From contig JACMRA010000002.1 of the NCBI GenBank assembly GCA_014376695.1, positions 7,323 through 71,322 on the forward strand: DNA of 64,000 nucleotides. Reading direction: 5' to 3'. This DNA is from Minisyncoccota bacterium. Lineage in GTDB: Bacteria; Patescibacteriota; JACMRA01. Position numbers and translations under genes: made by a program. This document shows positions 38,832 to 49,219 of the stretch, one piece after another (the stretch's first letter is position 1; each line of letters starts with the position of its first letter). Below the pieces are notes generated by a model that worked only from the letters and a program-made list of their open reading frames with translations, made no database searches and had not been told where the DNA came from.

Positions 38832-41678
38832 ATGAACTCTCCAAAGAACTCTAATTTTTATCAAGATAAAGTATATCAATTACTATCAAAAGTAGCTAGA
38901 ACCGAGCCAACCGTTGAGTTAGAGCTGTATTGGCTTAAGCGTTATCAAGAAATCACCCAAAACCTAAGCTTTAGCCTGAGTGAGCATACCGTGGAAATGG
39001 CCTTTGAAGACATAGTTACACGACCAAGTACTCCTAGCGGACTGATTAATATAGAACAGATAATTGACGACAAAAATCAAATCCAAGAAGCTAACCTTCA
39101 AAATATTATAGAAACAGCGATCCGTTTACTAGACGCTATCTTGGATATAATTAATTTTGATGATGTTGCCAAAAAAACCGTTAAGGAATTTCGCAAAATT
39201 GCCATTGGCATTGAGAATTTAGATAGCTATTTAACAATCCCTGAGCTACTGATTGACCAAGTAGATTACCTAGGCGAGTTGATAAGTAATAGTGTTTATC
39301 GAGCCTCGGAGTCGCTAGCTGAAGAGAAAGGAGCCTGCCTTCGATGGGAGGATATCAAAAGCGAAATAAGTTCAAAAAGCTTCGAATACTGGTTTAATCC
39401 TGATAGTGGCGAAATTCGAACTAGCCTTGAAATACAAGAATATATCAATAACAATCCGGAATCACGGCCTAAAATTATGGGCGAGTTTGAGATTGTAGCA
39501 CGACGCGGTAGCCATTTGTTATTATATGCCAATACTCCAGAATGGTTAAAATGGTCAGATCGAAAGCCCTCTCAATCACCGCCAGCTGGCGAATCTAATA
39601 TCGGGAATGAAGAAATCGAGGACGAGCTTGCCTTGGAAATTATTGACGAGCCTATCGAATCTGAGTCGGAAGATGAAATTCAATCAGAAATTCAATCTGA
39701 GCTTGAAGCCACGGTAGAAGATGAGATAGAATCGGAGGAGGAGATTAAAACAATATTAAAAGATGAACAAATTGAATTACCAGAGTTCCTCCAAAAAAGT
39801 GCCCCTCTAGTAACTCCAACAGCTCTAATTGACCAGGAAAAGCTGAGCTCAAGTTTGGCTCAAGAAATAGACTCGCTTAATCAGCACATCATTAAGGTAA
39901 ATTCATCAAAACCAATTACGAATACCAATGACGCACCTGTTTCCAAGCTCGGAAAAGACCATAGTAAAAATTTTGCGTTTCCTGATATGATTGATATGGA
40001 AGACATTTTGCCAGGTTTGATAGGTGATACAAAAAAATGGGACAAAGATGAGGACGATTTTAATAGTATTTTTGGACTGGGTAAACTGACCACTCACCCC
40101 GTAAAGCCAAATAACAGCAAGGCGCAAATTCAACAGATTGAAGAAGGTCGGGTTCAGCCAATAAAGGTGGAAATGGCTAAAGATCAAGAAATGGTTAAAA
40201 ACCAAGAAACTGACTCCGAAAACCAAACCCCTTTACCTACCGAAGAGATTTCGGGAGCTGAGATTGCCGAAGAAGATTTGGAAATTGCTAAAATTTTACC
40301 ACAGATTACAACTATTTTTGGAATAGGGGAACTGGTCAAGGTCATATCGACAAGTGGAGTTTCTGATTTTTATCAGATTGTAGAAATTTTACTTGATAAT
40401 AATATACTATGTTACCATCTTACTGATCGGGACGATGCTCAAGTTGTCAAGATTTGTTCGGAGGGCGAAATACAGCCGGCCTTGCTCGAAGAATTAATTC
40501 TGTCAGCCAATATCGGTACTAGAATTAAGAATAATGAGACCGAGGAAAACAATATCCCCGAAATAACTCAAGATAAAGTCGAGGTCAAGCCCGTGAGCGA
40601 GTACTTTGCGCAAGCAATTGTCTTTAATCAAAATGGCCAAGTGTTGCTTTCTGGTGATAATTTGCCGCAGATTCTCATACCGCAAGATGCAAGTAATGCA
40701 GAAACTCTGAATAATTATTTGGCAAATAGCCACAATATTGCCATCAAAGATGTTGAGGAGATTGGGACATTTGCTAGCGACGATTGCATTAAGACAATTT
40801 TTTTGGGGCAGTTAGATGATGAGTCTAATCAAACTAAAGCCTTAGGTTTATCCGTTGTAGATATTGATCAGGCTCTGGTTCTAGTACCTAATCTTGAAAA
40901 GTACCTATCCAAAGCATCCGAAAAAGAGATGCAGGCCAAGAAAAGGTTTGCTCAATTAAACAACCAGCTTAAAATCGCGGTTGGTGAAAATCAAAACCTC
41001 AAGCAAAAAATTCGATTGCTAGGCCTAAATTTGCAAGTAATTGCAGACGAAAATGGCGGTAGTCGCGTAGGTGATTCGAACAATATCCAAAAAGCAATCA
41101 ACACTCGAGGAGATTATAAATATTTACATATTACCGAACATTCAAGGTTTTCCAAATTCTTTCCGGTGATTGAACAGGTGATTGAAGATGATGAAATTGG
41201 TAAAATTACTCTCAATATCCAGTACGATAGTTTCGGGGCCAAAAAAGCCTCTATTGTAGTAGATAGCGAGAAGCTTCGGGATAAAGACTATACGCTTTTG
41301 ACTAGTTATCTTAATTTGGTCAATACTTCACTGGCTAGTGGAGCTAGTCTTGCCGATGTGTCTTACGTACTTGAGCATCAGGGAAAAGGTAAGCTGGATT
41401 TTGGGAATAATTTAATTAATAAGATTTTATTGATACTGTCGCTGTGTTTCTTAGCGATGCCGCGATCTATCGAACAGATTAATTCCTCCGATATAATTAT
41501 TGTAACACTGGCTAAGGTGCTCGATTCGCTAAATCGTAATCAATCGTTATTGGAAATTGTCCTAGAGGATGACATCCGACCGGAGAGCAAAACAGAGGTT
41601 ATTAGTCATTCTAATCAATCGGCCGCGGAGAAATCAAGTCCAAAAAGTAGCCGCTTCCAAAAAAAAGCTAGAATCTAA
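38832..41678 (+). CDS. Degenerate ribonucleotide reductase (class II-like C-terminal barrel half) plus acidic linker plus TSCPD-like C-domain
   Basis: 'AIRLLDAILD', 'RKIAIG', 'YRASESLAEEKGA'; no NPCGE or CNL cysteines. Confidence 0.6.
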   Translation: MNSPKNSNFYQDKVYQLLSKVARTEPTVELELYWLKRYQEITQNLSFSLSEHTVEMAFEDIVTRPSTPSGLINIEQIIDDKNQIQEANLQNIIETAIRLLDAILDIINFDDVAKKTVKEFRKIAIGIENLDSYLTIPELLIDQVDYLGELISNSVYRASESLAEEKGACLRWEDIKSEISSKSFEYWFNPDSGEIRTSLEIQEYINNNPESRPKIMGEFEIVARRGSHLLLYANTPEWLKWSDRKPSQSPPAGESNIGNEEIEDELALEIIDEPIESESEDEIQSEIQSELEATVEDEIESEEEIKTILKDEQIELPEFLQKSAPLVTPTALIDQEKLSSSLAQEIDSLNQHIIKVNSSKPITNTNDAPVSKLGKDHSKNFAFPDMIDMEDILPGLIGDTKKWDKDEDDFNSIFGLGKLTTHPVKPNNSKAQIQQIEEGRVQPIKVEMAKDQEMVKNQETDSENQTPLPTEEISGAEIAEEDLEIAKILPQITTIFGIGELVKVISTSGVSDFYQIVEILLDNNILCYHLTDRDDAQVVKICSEGEIQPALLEELILSANIGTRIKNNETEENNIPEITQDKVEVKPVSEYFAQAIVFNQNGQVLLSGDNLPQILIPQDASNAETLNNYLANSHNIAIKDVEEIGTFASDDCIKTIFLGQLDDESNQTKALGLSVVDIDQALVLVPNLEKYLSKASEKEMQAKKRFAQLNNQLKIAVGENQNLKQKIRLLGLNLQVIADENGGSRVGDSNNIQKAINTRGDYKYLHITEHSRFSKFFPVIEQVIEDDEIGKITLNIQYDSFGAKKASIVVDSEKLRDKDYTLLTSYLNLVNTSLASGASLADVSYVLEHQGKGKLDFGNNLINKILLILSLCFLAMPRSIEQINSSDIIIVTLAKVLDSLNRNQSLLEIVLEDDIRPESKTEVISHSNQSAAEKSSPKSSRFQKKARI

Positions 41679-41739
41679 GATTGACAACACATTCCTTTGT
41701 AGATAATAGTATAACTGAATTTAATTTGATATTTTTCCT

Positions 41740-43377
41740 TTGGGTATGACTTGGTATAATAAATATAGGCCACTGAGCTTCGATGATGTAGTAGGGCAAG
41801 AGTTAGTAAAACAGGTGCTTCAAAATTCCTTACAAACCAGTAAGATTAAGCATTCTTATCTGCTAATGGGGCCAAAAGGTACTGGTAAAACTACGATGGC
41901 CAGAATCTTTGCTAACTCCTTGAATTGTGTTAGTGAGAACCCCCAAGCTAGTCTGGATATTATCGAAATGGACGCTGCCTCCAATACTGGTATCGACGAC
42001 ATTCGGTTTTTGACTGAGGTGGCCCAGGTCCCGCCAATTTCGGGCAAATACAAAATCTATATTATTGATGAGGTGCATATGCTCTCCAAGAACGCGATGA
42101 ACGCCTTGCTCAAAATCCTGGAGGAGCCGCCCAAGTATCTTATATTTTTGTTAGCGACTACTAATCCCGAAAAGCTACTTCCGACCGTAATGAGTCGGCT
42201 GACTAAGCTGAATTTGAGTTCCCACACTATCGAAGGCTTGGTAGGTAGGCTTCGATATATTGCAGATCAAGAAAATATTAATATTAGCGATCAGGCCTTG
42301 GAGATTATTGCTGGCAGGAGTTCTGGCGGTCAAAGAGATGCCATTAATCACTTGGAGACAGTGGCAAGCTTCGATTTGGAGTCTTATGACCAGGATAATG
42401 TTAGTGAGTTGCTGGGGCTAGTTAATCAAGCTCTAATCGGGGATATTGTGGATAGTTTGGTTGGTCAATCAATCAATAATCTGCTTACTCAGCAATTAGC
42501 AGGCTTAAGCGTGGACGGCCAGTTGTTTCTTGGCCAAATTTTTGAGTTTGTACTTGATAAAAGTCTAGGTGGAAATAGCGATTATGATAGTTTAATCAAT
42601 CCTATGGCCGAAGTAATTAGTTATCATTTGCCGATATTAACGCCTCTTTCTGTATTGGCAATTTTGCAATCTAAGTTGGGGCTTCGAGTATTTCAAAAAG
42701 CTCCTGCTAATTCGCCAAGCGTCGCAACTAGCCCAATTGAATTAAAAAAAAAGCCTCAGCCAGTAGCATCTCCAGCTCTTGAGCAAGAAGTCAAATTGCA
42801 ACTTCCCCCAGCTCCAATAGAGATAAAAAGTCAAATACCCGCCCCGATTGAACTCAATTTGAGTCAAATTCAAAAATTTCTACAAGAGCTTAATCGACTT
42901 GGAAATACACCACCAACGCTTAAGATGTGCCTCCAGGATATTCAGGTCATGAATATTAAGGACGATATAATAAGTCTCACAGTTTCTAATGGTTTTTTCT
43001 TGGGGCTTATTAATAACCCGATTAATCAAAAATTTTTGAAGTCAGAATTGATGATTAGATTTGGGGCAGGCTTTGTAATGGTTTTTGGAATACGGGACAA
43101 TCAGGTGCCGATTCAAACCATTTCGGCAGACTCGACTTCGCCTAAATCCATAGAACCAGAACTAGCACCAAAAGAAATAAAACAATTGACAAGGATGGAA
43201 AACCAACTTCCAGCTGACGGTATATTCTACGAAGCTTTCAAAAGCCTAAAACCAGGAATGGAAAATATGGGGATAAAAATTCATGCACCCGCGGTTGAAA
43301 CAACCTTGCCCACCGCCTCAAACAACCCTGATTTAGATATGTTCGATAACTTGATTAGTGATTTAGATCTGGAATAG
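41740..43377 (+). CDS. dnaX: DNA polymerase III subunit gamma/tau
   Basis: 'KYRP..FDDVVGQ', 'GPKGTGKTT', 'EMDAAS', 'IIDEVHML', 'LLKILEEPP'; Zn module deleted. Confidence 0.93.
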   Translation: MGMTWYNKYRPLSFDDVVGQELVKQVLQNSLQTSKIKHSYLLMGPKGTGKTTMARIFANSLNCVSENPQASLDIIEMDAASNTGIDDIRFLTEVAQVPPISGKYKIYIIDEVHMLSKNAMNALLKILEEPPKYLIFLLATTNPEKLLPTVMSRLTKLNLSSHTIEGLVGRLRYIADQENINISDQALEIIAGRSSGGQRDAINHLETVASFDLESYDQDNVSELLGLVNQALIGDIVDSLVGQSINNLLTQQLAGLSVDGQLFLGQIFEFVLDKSLGGNSDYDSLINPMAEVISYHLPILTPLSVLAILQSKLGLRVFQKAPANSPSVATSPIELKKKPQPVASPALEQEVKLQLPPAPIEIKSQIPAPIELNLSQIQKFLQELNRLGNTPPTLKMCLQDIQVMNIKDDIISLTVSNGFFLGLINNPINQKFLKSELMIRFGAGFVMVFGIRDNQVPIQTISADSTSPKSIEPELAPKEIKQLTRMENQLPADGIFYEAFKSLKPGMENMGIKIHAPAVETTLPTASNNPDLDMFDNLISDLDLE

Positions 43378-43467
43378 GGCCAAACCTTGTCCGATCCGAT
43401 ACCTCGATGACAAAAAACTACATTGGTAAATACCTAAATTATAAACAGCGAAACTTAATTAATATTT

Positions 43468-43908
43468 ATGAAACATCAAACCTTAACTCCAACCGAAATT
43501 CAAAATCAAGTACCAAGCGACTTACAAGAATCTAATTACCTTGAGATTGGTGAGCGACCGTGGGGATTTTATTATGTACTTGAGGACAAGCCAACTTTTA
43601 AAGTCAAAAAAATTATTGTTAAGCCTAATTCGCGCCTTAGTCTTCAGAGCCATAAGCACAGAAGCGAACATTGGGTGGTCGTCAGTGGTCAAGCAACAAT
43701 AGAGATACGCAGTCAAGACAACAAAAATCAACCAGAAAAGTGGGTCAACACAATGAATCCTAACCAAAGCTGCTATATCCCGCTAACCGCAACCCATAGA
43801 CTGAGCAATGAGGGCGTAATTCCGCTGGTAATTATCGAAGTTCAGGTTGGTGAATACACTGGTGAGGACGATATTGTCCGGTATGAAGACGACTTTGACA
43901 GGAAGTAG
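43468..43908 (+). CDS. Stand-alone type II phosphomannose isomerase C-terminal cupin
   Basis: 'RPWG.Y', 'LSLQSHKHRSEHWVVVSG', 'EVQVGEY.GEDDIVR'. Confidence 0.9.
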   Translation: MKHQTLTPTEIQNQVPSDLQESNYLEIGERPWGFYYVLEDKPTFKVKKIIVKPNSRLSLQSHKHRSEHWVVVSGQATIEIRSQDNKNQPEKWVNTMNPNQSCYIPLTATHRLSNEGVIPLVIIEVQVGEYTGEDDIVRYEDDFDRK

Positions 43909-44000
43909 GTTTCGATAGGGAGCGGGCTTATAATTGGGTTGACGAAAAAATTAACTCAGGCAAATATAAGGTATATATTAGTTTAATACAAAAATAAATA

Positions 44001-45287
44001 ATGTCTATTCCTGCCTGCTGTCAATACCATCTTCAAGAAGCTGAACACGATTCCAAACTGACTTTTAAAGAGAGGTTGATAAAAAATTCTAAGCAATTAG
44101 GTATTTCCTTTTTTGTGATTTTTGTAGTTTTTGCAGGTTTGATCCTGACTATGCCGACTAAGCCAAAAATTGATAACTTGCCAGTAGCTGCCAAAGAATA
44201 CCACGTTGCCACTATCAAGTCGGTTGTCGATACCCAGAGCGGAGGCAATCGCCAGACAGGCCTTCAGCAATTCGGCCAGAAGATTGAAGCTGAGTATTCG
44301 TTTATTAGTAGCAAACCGAACCAAAAGGTATCTCTAGATTATGAAGCCGTCTCTAATTCTAATAATCAAAATAAATTGCAAGTGGGTAATTGGGTTATTG
44401 TCGGGGTCCAAACTAGCCCGCAAACGGGTGAAGATATCAAATATATCGTTGATCCAAGTTTTAGAATTGGATGGATTGGGGTTATAATTTTGGTTTTTTG
44501 CGTGCTGTGTATTTATCTAGCTGGGTTCAAAGGCTTTGGGGCGCTTTTGGGGATGATTTATTCAGGTGGAGTTTTGGCACTATTCACTATCCCTCAAATC
44601 GTCAACGGTTTAGATGCGACCATAGTGGCTTTGATTACTTCGATTTTGATTATTTCTGTCTCGCTTTTTGTTGCTCATGGATGGAATCGCCAGACTGTAA
44701 TTTCTTTTGGGGCGCTCTCCATAACCGTATTGTTTTCGATTGGATTCTCGTTTGCGGCGGTCTATTTGACTAAGCTCTCGGGAGCTGGGACGGAGGACGC
44801 TTTTTATCTCCAGAATATTCCCAATCTCAAAAATCTTAATCTTCAAGGTCTTTTATTAGCGGGTATCATCATCGGAACGCTTGGTGTCTTGGATGATATT
44901 GTGACCGCGCAGGTGGCAATTGTTGAAGAGTTGAGTAAGCTCAATCACCGGCTTAAGTGGCAGGACTTGTTTAAGCGGGCGATGAATGTTGGTCGGGCAC
45001 ACATTGTATCCTTGGTCAATACTCTTATTTTGGCTTATATTGCAACTTCGTTTCCTTTGATGATTTCCCTTTATATGTTTCAAACTGAGCCGTGGTGGAT
45101 TTTGGTCAATCGAGAGATGATAGCCCAAGAAATAATCCGCTCCTTAGCTGGATCTCTCACGCTTTTGATTGCCGTCCCAATTACTACGATTTTGGCCACT
45201 GTCGTCTTTACTTATCTGCACAACCGGCCCAAAGAAGTCGAATTTCGAGAGCGGAGCGGATTTAGCTTTGAGGAAAGCCTGAGATAA
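44001..45287 (+). CDS. YibE/F family membrane protein
   Basis: 'GIIIGTLGVLDD', 'NVGR.HI.SLVNTLILAY', 'PITT'. Confidence 0.88.
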   Translation: MSIPACCQYHLQEAEHDSKLTFKERLIKNSKQLGISFFVIFVVFAGLILTMPTKPKIDNLPVAAKEYHVATIKSVVDTQSGGNRQTGLQQFGQKIEAEYSFISSKPNQKVSLDYEAVSNSNNQNKLQVGNWVIVGVQTSPQTGEDIKYIVDPSFRIGWIGVIILVFCVLCIYLAGFKGFGALLGMIYSGGVLALFTIPQIVNGLDATIVALITSILIISVSLFVAHGWNRQTVISFGALSITVLFSIGFSFAAVYLTKLSGAGTEDAFYLQNIPNLKNLNLQGLLLAGIIIGTLGVLDDIVTAQVAIVEELSKLNHRLKWQDLFKRAMNVGRAHIVSLVNTLILAYIATSFPLMISLYMFQTEPWWILVNREMIAQEIIRSLAGSLTLLIAVPITTILATVVFTYLHNRPKEVEFRERSGFSFEESLR

Positions 45288-45300
45288 TCAGGATTAAGAT

Positions 45301-46839
45301 ATGTCCAAAATTTATAATATCACAATTATTGGAGCTGGCCTTGGCGGTTTGGCAGTGGCTTGTCGACTTGCTAAACTCGGGCATAAAGTAACTATTATTG
45401 AGCAAAACAAGCAAGTAGGCGGCAAAGCTTCCGAGCTTTTTATAGACGGATTTAGGTTTGATCGTGGCCCTTCATTTATGACGATGATTGATATTTTTGA
45501 GGATTTATTCAATTTTTGTGGGGCTAGACTTCTGGATTACATACCATACAAGGGGCTTGATGAAACTGTAGAATATCATTGGCCTGACAAAACCCAAATA
45601 ACCGCATATCAAGATTTGGATAAGACGGTACAGGCTTTGTGCGATCACCACGGCGAAGATAAAAAAACCATCCAAAATTACCTATCCAAAATTAAGTTAG
45701 TGTATGACTTATCCAAACCATACGCCCTAGACAAAGCAATTGATTTTACTCAGATTTTTAACCCAGATTTTTTGAAAACGGCATTTAAGCTTAGTGGCCT
45801 TGGACTAAATGGCAGTTTGGCTCGAGTGCATAGCAAAGTATTTTCCAATCCTAAGAGCTTGAATATTTTTAATCGCTGGGCAGCTTATGTTTACAGCGAT
45901 CCCTACAAAACACCTTCAATTCTCGGTAGTGTTGGATGGGCTGAGTTGGGGCTTGGGCTGTATTTGCCTACTCACGGTATCCATTCAATTGCAACCGGTA
46001 TTGCGAGACTAGCTAAGGAGCTTGGAGTCAAAATTATCTTAGATACCAAGGTAGTTGGCCTCGAGCAGCTGCCTGACAAAAGCTGGCAATACGATACAAT
46101 TAGCTTAAATGGGCGATTGGAGTCGAACACGGCCGAAATACTTATTTCGAATTTAGATATCCGCACGACTTACAAACACCTTCTAAAAACCGATTATCCA
46201 ACAGCCAAAAAGACCGGAGGTTCGTATTTGATATATTATTGGGGCATAAAATACCATCCAAAGCTTGCTGGCCTCAAGTTGCATAACATATTTTTTGGGG
46301 ATAATTCTGGGAATCCGCTTGGCGACAAAGCCGAATTTATAGAGCAATTTGATCAAGGTAAAGTCCCAGAAAATCCGATGGTTTATCTTAATATCACGTC
46401 TGGCTTAATCGAGGCCGATAGTCCAATTATCGATGGGCAAAAATCCCAAAATTGGATAGTTATAATCAGCACCCCGCCAGATAATGACAAAATAAACTGG
46501 GCAAACGAATTAACGAGCAAAAAAACCTATATCGCTAAATTGATCGCTAAATCTCTTGAAATTGACCCTTCGGAGCTTTTGGATTTGATAGTTTGCCAAA
46601 AAATTATCACCCCGCCAGATATTCAGGACTGGACAGGTTCCTACAACGGCGACTTGAGTGGCATGCGAATTGAGTCAATTTGGGATGTTTTATCCCGCCC
46701 AAAAGTCAAATCCCCAAACTTCGATAATCTCTACTTTGTTGGCGGGTCTATTAATCCTGGCCCGGGAATGCCAATGGTGCTTTTATCGGCTAAGCACTGC
46801 GTGGAGGAGGTTTTGAAAAATGCTAAACTGTTATATTGA
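45301..46839 (+). CDS. Phytoene desaturase (CrtI/CrtD)-family FAD oxidoreductase
   Basis: 'IIGAGLGGLA', 'GFRFDRGPS', 'NLYFVGGS..PGPGMPMVLLSA'. Confidence 0.85.
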   Translation: MSKIYNITIIGAGLGGLAVACRLAKLGHKVTIIEQNKQVGGKASELFIDGFRFDRGPSFMTMIDIFEDLFNFCGARLLDYIPYKGLDETVEYHWPDKTQITAYQDLDKTVQALCDHHGEDKKTIQNYLSKIKLVYDLSKPYALDKAIDFTQIFNPDFLKTAFKLSGLGLNGSLARVHSKVFSNPKSLNIFNRWAAYVYSDPYKTPSILGSVGWAELGLGLYLPTHGIHSIATGIARLAKELGVKIILDTKVVGLEQLPDKSWQYDTISLNGRLESNTAEILISNLDIRTTYKHLLKTDYPTAKKTGGSYLIYYWGIKYHPKLAGLKLHNIFFGDNSGNPLGDKAEFIEQFDQGKVPENPMVYLNITSGLIEADSPIIDGQKSQNWIVIISTPPDNDKINWANELTSKKTYIAKLIAKSLEIDPSELLDLIVCQKIITPPDIQDWTGSYNGDLSGMRIESIWDVLSRPKVKSPNFDNLYFVGGSINPGPGMPMVLLSAKHCVEEVLKNAKLLY

Positions 46840-47340
46840 TTGAGTTTTGGTCTAACCACTCATCTAACCTATTTGGATTATTTCCAAACTCACGAACAGC
46901 ATAATCTAATTTTCTAAAGTAGCTAATATTATCGTACTTGCCCTTGAGTAATTTTACGTAATCTTTTAGATTGATTTTACCTATATCCTCAAGTAAATAT
47001 TCACAGACGATTCTATACTTTGCACTGTGCAAGCTTTCAATCATTAATTCTTCGACACTAAATAAATTCTGTTCTACGGTTTTGGTTGCATCCCAAACCT
47101 TTGGGTTAATTTTCAAATTTTTTATCATAAATTGAGAATCCATCCAAATGTCGATATTTTTATTTTTGAAGTTAAAATCATTTTTGAAGAAATTATATGC
47201 AAGGTGTTCCAATGTACCTTTTTCGAGCTTTTTTTGTCCAAAAGGTTCTTGTTATTACTGTTAAACAAGCCAAAAGAAATGATTTGATTACCTGCATGGT
47301 GAATCCATTTTAACAAGGGCATATACATCCAATTTGACAT
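46823..47340 (-). pseudogene. Low-GC hypothetical gene broken by a frameshift at an A7 run
   Basis: ORFs 47125-47340 and 46823-47212 join (…DKKKLEKGTLEHLAY…) if one A is added at 47229-47235. Confidence 0.45.
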
Positions 47341-47747
47341 ATATATGTCAATCTTAAATTATTTTCTAGTAGTCTATTAGAAGTAGTTTACTTTTGAAAT
47401 CTTGGAGACAAAAAATGGGTACCAAATGGGTTTATGATGGAAATAGCGACAGGTACAAAGCACCAAAAGACACCGAAAGGACAGATTGGTTAGAAAAACC
47501 AGCTCCTTATCCAAACGGTGACAGTAGCTACCCTCACACACATCCACCCTGACTCTGTGAACAACGGAGCCTATTCTCTCTCACACGTGAATACCGATGG
47601 TTCGATTGGACACTTTAACGAGTACCAAACGATCGCTATCAGTACTATCGCCGCCGAGGTTAACCGAAGCAATGAGACCGATAGTTCTTCGTAGTTACAA
47701 TAGCGATTGATACGCATTCTGACCTCCTCCACATCTCAAACTAAATT

Positions 47748-47775
47748 AAGCCGTATAGAAATATACGGTTTTTTG
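47748..47775. terminator. Terminator hairpin between convergent units
   Basis: AAGCCGTATA/TATACGGTTT stem, GAAA loop, T-run. Confidence 0.6.
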
Positions 47776-47777
47776 TG

Positions 47778-48977
47778 CTAAAGTTTAGTTATTGCTTTAA
47801 TATTATCTCGAAAGGCTTGGGTGCTAAACCTTTGGGCTGATTGGCGTATGTATTCTGTGTCAAAGACACCTTGAGTATTTAACTCTTCGAATTTAATTAT
47901 CGACTTTTTGAGGCTCTCCACTTCTGGCTTGTCAAAAAATACACCATTTTTATTGTCGATGACATATGTTAATGCCCCGCCCTCAGCTAAGGCAATCAGT
48001 GGTATGCCAGCTGCCAAGAACTCAATTGGCGCAATCCCAAAGTCTTCTTTGCCTGGGAACAAAAAGGCCTTGCAAGTAGTCATAAGTTCGCGTAGCTGTG
48101 CGTCGGTAGTTCGCCCAAGAATTTGGATATCGACTTTTTTGCTCGGATTGGCTATTTTAAAATCATCGATTTGCTTTTGAAGGGTTATTCTGTCGGATTC
48201 TAGACCGAAGCCGCCGCTAATAACAAGCTTTTTTTCTAATTCTAAGCAGGCTTGAATGGCCATATCTATGCGTTTATGGAAGCTGATACGACCGTGGGAT
48301 AAGTAAAAATCTTGGATTAATTCGCGTTTCCTCTCAATTGTATTGAATTTGACTGTGTCAACTGGAGGGTAAAGAACTTGAGATTGGGTAGTGTATTTGT
48401 CCCAAACTTGAAATTGGATATACTCCGAATTGGCCAAGGTGATTACTTTTTGTTTTTTTAGATAGTTTACGGCACTTAAATCGAGTGGCTTGAGTAGAAA
48501 GGCGAAAATTGGTAGTAAAAAACGCTGAAATAAACCCAGATGGTTATAGTTATCTGGTGGAACTAGTCCGTTAAGATAACGGGTTGGAGTGTGGATATAG
48601 TGGATAATTTTGTAGCAGTTTTTGAATCTGACTTGTTTGGCGCAGTCAGTTGAGCTGATTAACACGCAGAAATAGTCTTTGATAGTTACGAGTCTCATCA
48701 TTAGGGGATATAACCAAAATAAATGCTTGGCAAATTGCCCAAAGAGACGTTGATTTTTTGAGTTTCGAATATTGAATAGTTTTTGGATTAGACTTGTTTT
48801 GATCCGACCTTCTGATTCGGCCAGTTTAATTGCTGGAGAGTCCTCAAATTTTTCGGGAAAATAAAAGGCTGTGTAAAGATCTGCCTTGGGGTACATTATT
48901 AGCCACTGCTCCACTACTTTCTCAGCTCCTCCAAATTGGAACAAAAAATCATGGACAAGAGCAACTTTGAGATTCAT
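47778..48977 (-). CDS. Glycosyltransferase family 4
   Basis: 'VALVHD...GGAEKV', 'EDFGIAPIE.LAAG.P'; true start ATG 48977 (the longer ORF overlaps the tRNA). Confidence 0.9.
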   Translation of the reverse strand: MNLKVALVHDFLFQFGGAEKVVEQWLIMYPKADLYTAFYFPEKFEDSPAIKLAESEGRIKTSLIQKLFNIRNSKNQRLFGQFAKHLFWLYPLMMRLVTIKDYFCVLISSTDCAKQVRFKNCYKIIHYIHTPTRYLNGLVPPDNYNHLGLFQRFLLPIFAFLLKPLDLSAVNYLKKQKVITLANSEYIQFQVWDKYTTQSQVLYPPVDTVKFNTIERKRELIQDFYLSHGRISFHKRIDMAIQACLELEKKLVISGGFGLESDRITLQKQIDDFKIANPSKKVDIQILGRTTDAQLRELMTTCKAFLFPGKEDFGIAPIEFLAAGIPLIALAEGGALTYVIDNKNGVFFDKPEVESLKKSIIKFEELNTQGVFDTEYIRQSAQRFSTQAFRDNIKAITKL

Positions 48978-49024
48978 AAAGCAAAAAAAATACAGGTCGA
49001 ACCTGTAAACAAAAAAATTAATAT

Positions 49025-49108
49025 TGGTGCGCGAGAAGGGACTTGAACCCTTATACCTTGCGGCGCTAGCTCCTAAGGCTAGTGTGTCTACCATTTCACC
49101 ACCCGCGC
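49025..49108 (-). tRNA. tRNA-Leu (anticodon TAG), CCA encoded
   Basis: GCGCGGG acceptor stem, D-loop TGGTAGAC, anticodon arm CTAGC-CTTAGGA-GCTAG, long variable arm, GGTTCAAGTCC, 3' ACCA. Confidence 0.95.
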
Positions 49109-49219
49109 GTCTTACAACTTATATTCTAATTATAAGACAATATAAGTTTTTTTGTCAAAGTCCTTGTTGGGAGTTATTTTTAAACGGATTTGAAAGTATT
49201 TTGACCGTTACTAACTTTT

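Noticed and set aside
39670..39705. Short tandem repeat GAAATTCAATC (EIQS x2)
   Set aside because: A local duplication within a low-complexity acidic linker; no sign of function
43468..43908. PMI cupin as another split gene
   Set aside because: Stand-alone type II PMI C-terminal cupins are widespread, so this is not evidence of fission
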